Below are positions 9,424 through 17,158 of a stretch of DNA of 64,000 nucleotides, piece after piece; within the stretch, counting starts at the first letter, position 1; the number at the start of each line of letters is the position of its first letter. A program made the position numbers and the translations under genes. The notes under the pieces are model-generated. The model ran no database searches, was not told where the DNA came from, and saw nothing but the letters and a program-made list of their open reading frames with translations. The stretch is from assembly GCA_963778235.1 (NCBI GenBank), contig CAVZTQ010000002.1, positions 39,766 to 103,765 of the forward strand, read 5' to 3'. The stretch comes from an uncultured Acidobacteriota bacterium. GTDB lineage: Bacteria; Acidobacteriota; Terriglobia; Acidiferrales; UBA7541.

Positions 9424-12054
9424 ATGCGCAGAATCATCACAACAATTCGCAATCTTCTCCATCGCAAAAATATCGAGCGCGATCTCGACGCCGAAGTCCG
9501 TAGCTACGCCGATCTTCTTCAGGAGGAAAAGATGTCTAGTGGCATGAATGCCGACGAAGCAAAACGCGACGCGCGTATGAATATCGGTGGTCCCGAACAA
9601 CTCAAAGAAGAAATTCGCAGCGGTCGCGCCGGAGCGTGGATCGAAACACTTTGGCAGGACGTGCGTTACGCCGCGCGCCTTCTTCGCAAAAATCCAGGCT
9701 TCACCGCAGTCGCTATTCTCACTCTCGCCCTTGGCATTGGCGCTAACACCGCTGTGTTCAGCGTGGTGAACGCCGTTGTGCTCCGTCCTCTGCCTTACAA
9801 GGATTCTTCGCGTCTCGTGGAGATCACCACGTCCACCGCGATGTTTCCGCAATTTTCCCTCGGTAATTCGTGGGTGGCTTATGAACAGATGCACAAGAAC
9901 GTATCTGCATTTGAGGAACTGACGGCGTATCGCTCATCCAGAATGACTTTGACTGCCTCCGGTGATCCCGCGCGACTTTCCTCCGCTCGTGTTAGCGATG
10001 GATTTTTTGAACTGTTTGGCGTTGCGCCACAGCTGGGGCGATTGCTCGTTCCATCGGACCAATCAGAAAATCAGGGACTTGTGGTTGTTCTGAGCGACGG
10101 GTTTTGGCGCAGCCATTACGGTGGCGATTCAGGCATCGTCGGCCGCACAATCAGGCTGAACAATCAGGAACACGTCGTCCTGGGCGTCGCTTCGCGTGGA
10201 TTCGACTATCCATCTCGCGCCGATGTTTGGGTGCCCCTGATTCTGGCTGACGACGAACGCACAAACGTCACCTCGTTCAATAATCAGATTGTTGCAAAAC
10301 TGCGTCGCGGCGTATCTGTTGATCAGGCTCGGACGCAACTAGCCGTCATCGCGCAGGACATCATCAACGCAAATCCTGCGCTTAAGGAAGGATATTCTCT
10401 GCGCGTCGCGACGATGTTAGATCGCAGAGTCGGCAACATTCGTTCGACATATCTGATGTTATTTGGCGCAGCAGGATTTGTTCTTCTGATTGCGTGTGCC
10501 AATCTGGCGAGCTTATTGCTTGCTCGTGGATGGGGAAGGCAACGAGAAATGGCGATGCGGGCGGCGCTTGGCGCGTCGCGTGGCAGAATTATTCGGCAGG
10601 CGCTGGTGGAAAGCTGTCTTCTTGGATTATTGGGCGGCGTCGCTGGTGCGTTTCTGGCTTCCATTGGAATTGACGCGTTTCGGCAAATTGCTCCGGCAGG
10701 AACGCCGCGTCTCTCGGAAATCTCCGCTGATTCCACAATGTTCTGGTTCGCACTGGGAAGTTCACTCGTCGCGGGAATTCTGTTTGGACTTGCACCCGCG
10801 TTGCGCGCCTCTCGTTCCGATCCAAACTTCGTGTTGAACCGCGGAAGTATTTCCGGAGCGAGCGGAACGCGTCAACCACGCCTGCGAAATGTGCTCGTGA
10901 TCGCCGAAGTCGCTCTCGCATTCATGCTTCTGATTGGCGCCGTGTTGACGATGCAAGGGCTTGCGCAGTTGCTGAAGACTGACACCGGAATGAGAACAGA
11001 TCATCTGCTCACATTTGATCTTCCATTGTCGCAAAGACCGGGCGCAAACGTTGACGCTCTGCATGCAAAGATCCAAGACATTGTCGGGCGAGTTCACGCA
11101 TTGCCCGGAGTTTTGGATGTTACCGCAACGGATCACAGTGTTTTGAGCGGCAACATAAATATAATGTCGGGATTCACTGTCGAGGGGATCCAAGCTCATT
11201 CACAGGCAGAGCGCAGCGCGCAAGTTCGGTACGTTTCGCCTTCTTACTTTCAAATGCTGGGCGTTCATCTGATTCGTGGAAGATTTTTTACCGATCACGA
11301 TCTCCCTAATTCCGAAAAAGTTGGAATCGTGAACGAAGCAATGGCGCAGAAAATTTGGGGCACAGTGGACGTCGTTGGAAAGCGATTCAATACCGGACCG
11401 AGCAACGACAAGGACTGGATCGCTGTTGCGGGTGTTGTCGCCAACGTTCGTGAAGCCGGACTTGGAAACAAACCGGAACCGGAATTCTATTTTCCGATCC
11501 TTCAGGGCGGACCGAACTCCGTGCATATGATTGTTCGTACCGCGCAAGATCCCGGCGCGCTCGCGTCCACCGTTTCGCGGCAGGTTTGGATGGTCGATAA
11601 AGATCAACCCATCAGCAACGTCGAGACGATGGATCAACTCATCAAAGAACAGACTGGCAATTCCAGAATGCAAACTGCGCTGCTGAACTTTTTTGGTGCA
11701 ATCGGACTTGGCCTTGCGCTGCTTGGCGTTTATGGCGTTGTTGCGTATTCCGTTTCGCGGCGGACGCGCGAAATTGGAATACGCATGGCGCTCGGTGCAA
11801 ATCCGCTCAGCGTGCTGCGCATGGTGATTCGACAGGGACTAATTTTGTCGCTAGTCGGCGTGGCGATTGGAACGGCCGGAGCAGTCGCGCTGAAACAGGT
11901 TTTGCAAAATAATTTTACCGTCGCCAACACGAATGACGTCACAACATATGTTGTTGCGGGCGTGCTTGTGATCGTCGTTGCGTGCTTAGCGTGCTACGTT
12001 CCGGCGCGCAGAGCGATGCGCGTTGATCCGATGGTCGCTCTGCGCCACGAATAA
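9424..12054 (+). CDS. ADOP-family duplicated permease (copy 4)
   Basis: The track ORF starts at TTG 9409. I prefer ATG 9424 ([28 protein letters not shown]) because it aligns with the paralog N-termini and has GAGGA upstream. C-terminal [10 protein letters not shown]. Confidence 0.88.
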   Translation: MRRIITTIRNLLHRKNIERDLDAEVRSYADLLQEEKMSSGMNADEAKRDARMNIGGPEQLKEEIRSGRAGAWIETLWQDVRYAARLLRKNPGFTAVAILTLALGIGANTAVFSVVNAVVLRPLPYKDSSRLVEITTSTAMFPQFSLGNSWVAYEQMHKNVSAFEELTAYRSSRMTLTASGDPARLSSARVSDGFFELFGVAPQLGRLLVPSDQSENQGLVVVLSDGFWRSHYGGDSGIVGRTIRLNNQEHVVLGVASRGFDYPSRADVWVPLILADDERTNVTSFNNQIVAKLRRGVSVDQARTQLAVIAQDIINANPALKEGYSLRVATMLDRRVGNIRSTYLMLFGAAGFVLLIACANLASLLLARGWGRQREMAMRAALGASRGRIIRQALVESCLLGLLGGVAGAFLASIGIDAFRQIAPAGTPRLSEISADSTMFWFALGSSLVAGILFGLAPALRASRSDPNFVLNRGSISGASGTRQPRLRNVLVIAEVALAFMLLIGAVLTMQGLAQLLKTDTGMRTDHLLTFDLPLSQRPGANVDALHAKIQDIVGRVHALPGVLDVTATDHSVLSGNINIMSGFTVEGIQAHSQAERSAQVRYVSPSYFQMLGVHLIRGRFFTDHDLPNSEKVGIVNEAMAQKIWGTVDVVGKRFNTGPSNDKDWIAVAGVVANVREAGLGNKPEPEFYFPILQGGPNSVHMIVRTAQDPGALASTVSRQVWMVDKDQPISNVETMDQLIKEQTGNSRMQTALLNFFGAIGLGLALLGVYGVVAYSVSRRTREIGIRMALGANPLSVLRMVIRQGLILSLVGVAIGTAGAVALKQVLQNNFTVANTNDVTTYVVAGVLVIVVACLACYVPARRAMRVDPMVALRHE

Positions 12055-12065
12055 TTTTTATCGAT

Positions 12066-14996
12066 TTATCGATCGGCGTTTTTGCGCCCGGCATTCAGAT
12101 TGTCAAAATTTAGAATCGTATTCAGCACCAGCGAATAATTTCCTACCGTCTCGCCGCGATACATCGGATTCGTCGAAAAAAGAATTATATGTCCGCTGCC
12201 TTCCGGCGAATCGACGACCGCCGGATGCTCGGCAATTTCATTTCCATTTTCCACGAGGCCCGACACGAGCAGATCGCGGGTCTCTGAATATCGGAAAATT
12301 ACGCGCGGTCGCAGCGCTGGAGGAATTAGTCCAACATTATTTCGCATTTGTTCTTCGGTGACCGGCGCGGCCTCCCAAGTTTGAACTGTGGGACGTTCGG
12401 GAATTGTGATCGGCTGGCGGCCCGGCGTTGAATCCAAATCCGTAGCGGTGCCGCGTCCTGTCGGACGCGCGGCTCCGGCGCCACCACGACCTCCACCACC
12501 TCCGCCTCCGCCACGACCTCCTCGTCCGGCAACATTGCTTACGCCGAAGACGAGGCCTTCATTGCAATATGCGGAAAGCGTGTCGCCGTATCCGTACGCG
12601 ATAGGACTTGCGCCGTCCACAATGCGCGTTTTCACTACGCTGCCGACGATGCGTTCGCGCTGACCTTGTGAAACGGAAACTCCATCGAGCATTCCGAAGG
12701 TGGCCGCGAAATTCGCGGTGTCCGCAACGGTCACCAGCACTCCGCCTTTGCGGACGAACGCTTGCAAATGTTCCAGCCCATCCCAGCCGAGGCCGGGCCG
12801 CGTGTCGTCAGTTTGATCGTCGCCAGAAACAACCAGGTTCGGAGTGAGCGGCGTATTTTTCCACGGCAGCGGATTGCCCGCGTCCGTGTATGCGCCTTTT
12901 ATGATGCTGGTGGGATTGCCGCCTCCGCCGGTTGGCGGGAATAAGATCACGTCATACTTCGCGTTCAGATTCGGTGTGCGCGAAACGGTTTGCGTGCTGA
13001 TGTAGTCGTAAGGAATTTTCAAACCGTCCAGCGCTTCACGCCACCAGCCTTCGGTCTGCGTGCTTTGCCACGTGTGCAGCAAGGCGACACGCGCGGCTCG
13101 CAGCGGATGTGTTTTCACTTCGGACGGAATTGAATCAATTCCATAGCCGCGAATTCCGAGTTCCGTTAGGGCGCTTTGCAAATCGGATCCGCTGACACCG
13201 CGCACCAGCAAACTTCCACGATTAAATTTGCGTCCACCGGCTTCAAAGGAATCTTCAGCAGATTGAATATCTGCGTTCTTGAATCGATAACGCAAAGTTG
13301 CCAGCGCAGGATCGGCGTTGTGATTGATGGCGATAATTGTTCCGGTGCCGGTAACTCCGCCGGGTGCGCGAACGTTGGTAACTTTTTCAACCGGCGCGTC
13401 CAAAACTTTCACGTCGGCGACGCGAACGACTTGCACGTTGAAAAGTTCGCCGAACGTCCAGCCGGTATCGTCGTACGGAGTTCGCTGCGGATCATCGGGC
13501 GCCCAATATTGATAATCGAGCAGGGAATCAGCGATTCGCGAATAGGGTTGATCCATGCGGATGATGTAACTGCCCGCTGGAAACTCTTTTGTGATTGTCG
13601 CGGGACGCGCTTCGCGATTTCCGCGGCCGCTTGCTCCGCCAGCGTTTGCCTGATCGCCTTCTGCGCCGCCATTATTTTGTCCGGCAGCACCTGTGCCGCG
13701 GCCTGCACCTTGTCCGCGCGCGGGAGCTGGCATCGTGACGCTAAATGCCGCGGTAGCGCGGGAAATTTCCACGCGCTGCTTCATCATCACGCGGAGCAAA
13801 TCGGCCTGACTCCCGAGACGCGGATCGTCTCCGGGCAAAACATATGCGGACGGACCTTCCTGCGAGGGCTTTTGAATGGAGCGTTTTGCCTTCAAATAAA
13901 AATTCTTCAGGAAAAATTTGCGGCTGTCGCCGAAATAGTGGAGCGCCGTGAGCAATCCGGTTTCTTCGTAATTATTATTGTCGCGCTGCGACCACAACGT
14001 GCGCGGCATTGGAGGATCCTGGCGATACCAGGTGCGGTCATATTCATTCGGAGTGAGCGTGCGAACCAAAGTATCCGCGCCGCCATTTCCGAAAGTTTCG
14101 TAAAGGCGGCTGATGCCGTTGTGCATCGCGGCGATGAACATTAAATATCCGGGCGACCAGGTATCAAAAGTTCCGTGAGTGAAAACTCCGGGCATGCCCA
14201 TCTTGGTCATGTCCGCAACGTTTCGCCAGCCAAGCATTTCCCATTCGTTGGTGAGAATTGGATCAACCCAGGCGTTGAACGGGCCGTCGCCGGCGGTGTT
14301 GTCATAAAGGTAGGGAACTGATTCGTGCAAGTCGTGCAAAACCTGTGCGTCCCAATCGACAAAAGTGTTCAGAACATTTTCGGTGAGCTTCAGCGTGACA
14401 CCCATCGCGTCGCGATTGTTATCGTGCGCGACGTATTTGCCCCAATAAATTAGTCCCGGCCAATTATCTTTCGGATGCGCGAGATGCCAGTTGTAGAGAT
14501 CGACCATTCTGTCGCGTCCATCGACTTCCACGATGGGAGTGATGAGCGTAATGACGCGTTCGCGAATTTCTTTGATGTAGGGGCTTTCGTCAACAGCGAT
14601 GCGATAAGCCAATTCCATTAGCGCCGTGGGCGCGCCGGTTTCGGTGGAATGAATTGTGCCGGTGATGTAATAAACGGGAACGACTTGATCGACAATTTTA
14701 TCGGCTTCGTCGTCATTGAATTTTATTGTGCGCGGATCAGCCAACTTCGCGAGCTTCGCGCGATTTTCGTCCAGGTGCTTCAGATTTTCTTCGGAAGAAA
14801 TTGCGACGGCGAGCATGTCGCGGCCTTCTTCAGTTTTTCCGATGCGGAAAACTTTCACGCGAGGGCTGGCGGCGGCCAGCATGTCCATATATTTGTAAAC
14901 GTCCTTGGAGTAGGGAAGAATTCCGGGCGCGCCGGCGATGTCTCCGAGAACTTCTTTTGGAGTAGGCACGGTTTTTGACGCGGGCAAGTAGTCCAC
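12066..14996 (-). CDS. Large M14-family zinc carboxypeptidase-like protein; its 5' region is interrupted by a 25-nt REP-like element (see findings)
   Basis: HxxE zinc motif in VYYITGTIHSTETGAPTAL. It is 976 aa from the first canonical in-frame start (GTG 14996). The frame stays open upstream to 15227 and encodes a signal peptide (LPLLTLVFITTIFSASALRAQS), but there is no ATG/GTG/TTG in that stretch. Two Gly/Arg-rich low-complexity inserts. Confidence 0.8.
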   Translation of the reverse strand: MDYLPASKTVPTPKEVLGDIAGAPGILPYSKDVYKYMDMLAAASPRVKVFRIGKTEEGRDMLAVAISSEENLKHLDENRAKLAKLADPRTIKFNDDEADKIVDQVVPVYYITGTIHSTETGAPTALMELAYRIAVDESPYIKEIRERVITLITPIVEVDGRDRMVDLYNWHLAHPKDNWPGLIYWGKYVAHDNNRDAMGVTLKLTENVLNTFVDWDAQVLHDLHESVPYLYDNTAGDGPFNAWVDPILTNEWEMLGWRNVADMTKMGMPGVFTHGTFDTWSPGYLMFIAAMHNGISRLYETFGNGGADTLVRTLTPNEYDRTWYRQDPPMPRTLWSQRDNNNYEETGLLTALHYFGDSRKFFLKNFYLKAKRSIQKPSQEGPSAYVLPGDDPRLGSQADLLRVMMKQRVEISRATAAFSVTMPAPARGQGAGRGTGAAGQNNGGAEGDQANAGGASGRGNREARPATITKEFPAGSYIIRMDQPYSRIADSLLDYQYWAPDDPQRTPYDDTGWTFGELFNVQVVRVADVKVLDAPVEKVTNVRAPGGVTGTGTIIAINHNADPALATLRYRFKNADIQSAEDSFEAGGRKFNRGSLLVRGVSGSDLQSALTELGIRGYGIDSIPSEVKTHPLRAARVALLHTWQSTQTEGWWREALDGLKIPYDYISTQTVSRTPNLNAKYDVILFPPTGGGGNPTSIIKGAYTDAGNPLPWKNTPLTPNLVVSGDDQTDDTRPGLGWDGLEHLQAFVRKGGVLVTVADTANFAATFGMLDGVSVSQGQRERIVGSVVKTRIVDGASPIAYGYGDTLSAYCNEGLVFGVSNVAGRGGRGGGGGGGGRGGAGAARPTGRGTATDLDSTPGRQPITIPERPTVQTWEAAPVTEEQMRNNVGLIPPALRPRVIFRYSETRDLLVSGLVENGNEIAEHPAVVDSPEGSGHIILFSTNPMYRGETVGNYSLVLNTILNFDNLNAGRKNADR

Positions 14997-15227
14997 CAGC
15001 GAGGAACCGAAATAAGTTTCGGTGGTGTATTCCTTGATTTTGGCGGTGTACGCGGCATCGACGGCGACTTTGGGATCGCGGACTGGAGCGGTTTCGTTGG
15101 ACTGGGCGCGAAGTGCGCTTGCGGAAAAGATTGTTGTTATGAAGACAAGGGTGAGAAGCGGGAGATTCGAATTTTCCAGCGAACGGATGGATAGCCTTTT
15201 GGGCGATTTGTTGCGATTGCGAATCTG

Positions 15228-15252
15228 GCACCGACAGGAGTGTCGGTGCTAC
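15228..15252 (-). repeat. REP-like element, class III (GTAG + GCACCGACA-loop-TGTCGGTGC), located inside the 5' end of the M14 gene
   Basis: The minus strand reads GTAGCACCGACACTCCTGTCGGTGC. It matches the copies at 32297-32321 and 55719-55743 except in the hairpin loop (CTCC, CTCT) and, at 55719, one stem-closing base (T->C). It starts after codon 6 of the ORF that opens at ATG 15270. Confidence 0.8.
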
Positions 15253-15430
15253 TGAATTCGTGCGCTTCATCGAATCCCTCGATTCATAAAATAAACTGTT
15301 CGCGGTGGCGGATAATTGCGCCGAAGTGCGAGTAGCGTTTATATCGTTACGGCCGCGGCATGTAAAGGCCGGGCCAATTCCAAATCGGAACTGACATCGG
15401 CTGCTCCGTCGTTCGCGCACTCCACGTGCG

Positions 15431-15567
15431 CGCCCCCCCTCCCCCCGTTTTTGTCATCAATATCAAAACAAAGGACTTACGGACGCGATCCATGTTAAGA
15501 ATATCATTCTAAAGGACTTAGCGGTATTACTCCTTCATATACATATCATGCTCAATCTAAAGGGTTT
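15431..15567 (+). repeat. Poly-C tract followed by three degenerate ~40-47-nt-spaced AAGGACTTA boxes (dispersed repeat family, locus A)
   Basis: CGCCCCCCCTCCCCCCG at 15431-15447. Boxes AAGGACTTA at 15471-15479 and 15512-15520, and AAGGGTTTA at 15559-15567. Each is preceded by an ATATCA or ATGCTCAAT segment. The same architecture occurs at 61431-61526. Confidence 0.6.
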
Positions 15568-15771
15568 AGCCACGGCTTGGTTTGACCCTTCTGAAAGGCG
15601 CTTTCTGATTGGTGATTTTGCTGCCGGCAGGATGGGCGAATACTGTTTCTGGATTCGGTAAGGCGGATCGCTTATCCGAGTCGGCTATGGATGTTAGCAT
15701 ATTAGTATATGGGAGTCAATTGAAATCGTGATTCAATTTGAAAATAAATGGTGGAAAAGTTGTGGAAGGTG

Positions 15772-15790
15772 ATTCGAATAGAATTCGAAT
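15772..15790. promoter_or_regulatory. Twin 8-bp palindromes ATTCGAAT-AGA-ATTCGAAT (candidate operator)
   Basis: Two perfect ATTCGAAT palindromes lie 11 bp centre to centre, about 115 bp upstream of ATG 15903, in an AT-rich gene-free stretch. Confidence 0.3.
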
Positions 15791-15902
15791 ACGTGGTCCA
15801 GTTGAGAAAAATGCGGAACCAAAGACTGTCAGTTGGTGTCTTGACTATTCAAGGCACCCAACTCGGGCGAGTCGACACTCGAAACGGTGGGAGGGAAACG
15901 CG

Positions 15903-16550
15903 ATGCGTCTGCTAGCGACGATGTTAGCTCTCGTAGGACTGGTGGCGGATTCAACGGGAAGCCGGATTGCAGGGAATCCTTTCCGAGCGAGCGAAGAGAA
16001 GCCCCAGGTTAGCGATGAAACACTCACGTCTGAGCAGGTAGCGGTCTACAGAGAGGTTCTGCAAGCCTACGTCGGTAAATCTGAAGGCGCGCTGAATCTG
16101 GCGGACACCACATAGGTTCTCGATTTCGCTGGCGTTTTCGGTGTGGACGGTCGGTGTTTGCAAGGGATCAAGCTCGATCCCGTGGTCAGTTCGACGGAAA
16201 CAGTTCACCGCCTTTCATCCGCTGTTCCCCTAAGTCCGAAGATGAAGTTGGTCAACGCAGATGAGCAGGAAAAGAAGATTGAGATGAACGATCCACAAAT
16301 CGTCATGAAGAGCGCGATCGATGAACACGCAGAGGTCACGGATAAGCAGCTAGAAGATTCAATCAAGCGAGCTTTTGAGACGGGACTGTTCAGCTTTTCA
16401 GAGATTCGTTTTGATAAGCAACACCGGAACGCCGTCGTGCAGTATGGATTCGCATGTGGAAGGCTGTGCGGTAACGGAAACACGTTGTTGCTCAAGAAAT
16501 CCGGAAATAAATGGAAGATTCGGAAGAGATGTGGCGGGTGGGTTTCTTAG
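15903..16550 (+). pseudogene. Secreted hypothetical protein gene with one in-frame TAG (16113-16115)
   Basis: SD GGGAGGGA lies 6-7 nt before ATG 15903, and the N-terminus is signal-like (MRLLATMLALVGLVA). Track ORFs 15738-16115 and 16143-16550 share one frame and are separated only by the TAG. The downstream half has no SD of its own. Confidence 0.45.
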
Positions 16551-16602
16551 AGCGCATGGGAGTTCAAACTTTCCGCACGTGACATTGGTATGAGGGATTC
16601 CT

Positions 16603-16914
16603 TTACTTGTTGTGCGGGCCGCCGAACCATGACGCGAGTTGGACTGCCATGAGTACGCCGCCGGCTGCGACGAGCAGAATGTCGATGGTGTTGCGCATGT
16701 CGAAGTCACCGACGCGGAAAATTAGCAGATAGGCGATTGCAAAATTAAATGCGCCCTACAGGACGTTGACGACTGGAGAGGAGAGACCTTTGCCGGGAGG
16801 TGATGCGAATGGACTGGGGAATGGACGACCGGTGACTCCGCTTACGAAATGAGGAATCGCGTTGACCAGGAATGCGCCTGCGAAGAAGTAGGCGATGTAG
16901 GTGTACCACTGCAT
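16603..16914 (-). pseudogene. Small membrane protein gene with one in-frame TAG (16756-16758)
   Basis: SD GGAGG lies 5 nt before ATG 16914. It reads MQWYTYIAYFFAGAFLVNAIPHFVSG...SSPVVNVL*GAFNFAIAYLLIF...VLMAVQLASWFGGPHNK, with stop TAA at 16603-16605. Both halves are below 60 aa, so neither appears in the ORF track. Confidence 0.55.
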
Positions 16915-17158
16915 GATGGCCTCCGGTTTTGCGAGTTCACTTTATTCCCAGGACAGAAAGCAAGTCAAAATCCCTACGCGTAATCCCGAAGAATCGGGAC
17001 GATGTGTGGGACACCCTGATGACGAGAGGAATGTGGGTTTGTTGTGGTTGTTGGATTCGCCGGGCAGAGACCCCAGCCTATCGACTTTTAAATCGGTTTA
17101 AGTAGAATAAGCACTTTGTGAACTAATAAGCAGTTCTCTTCCACGGGGTGATCATGCC

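Noticed and set aside
13176-14144. 322-aa plus-strand ORF, together with many other long ORFs antisense to, or in alternate frames of, strong genes. Examples: 34046-35062 (-), 43705-44358 (-), 35831-36448 (-), 50199-50813 (-), 55006-55545 (-), 8034-8843 (+), 4745-5278 (-), 7497-8018 (-), 57312-58124 (-), 44211-44786 (-).
   Set aside because: Each lies entirely inside a gene with clear family signatures on the other strand or frame. Their products are Arg/Ser/Pro-rich or low-complexity with no motifs. These are typical shadow ORFs of GC-rich DNA.
15228-15270. Programmed translational bypass or +1 frameshifting across the 25-nt hairpin in the M14 gene (T4 gene 60-like hop)
   Set aside because: The take-off (TCA) and landing (CAG) codons do not match. 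No slippery sequence precedes the element, and the +1 frame hits TAG at once inside the element. Insertional disruption or a non-canonical start is simpler.
14830-15420. 196-aa minus-strand ORF overlapping the M14 5' region
   Set aside because: It is what results from reading from ATG 15270 through the 25-nt REP-like element into the wrong frame (Arg-rich nonsense). It is not an independent gene.
15431-15567. CRISPR array
   Set aside because: The repeats are only about 9-20 nt, degenerate and irregularly spaced (41 and 47 nt). No cas genes are present, and the second locus has just two units.
16113-16758. TAG reassignment (pyrrolysine or a sense-codon recoding) to explain the two in-frame TAGs
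   Set aside because: TAG is used as an ordinary terminator by several well-supported genes in the window (for example ADOP3 at 9298-9300 and PPK2 at 24765-24767). No pyl genes or other recoding signals are visible.
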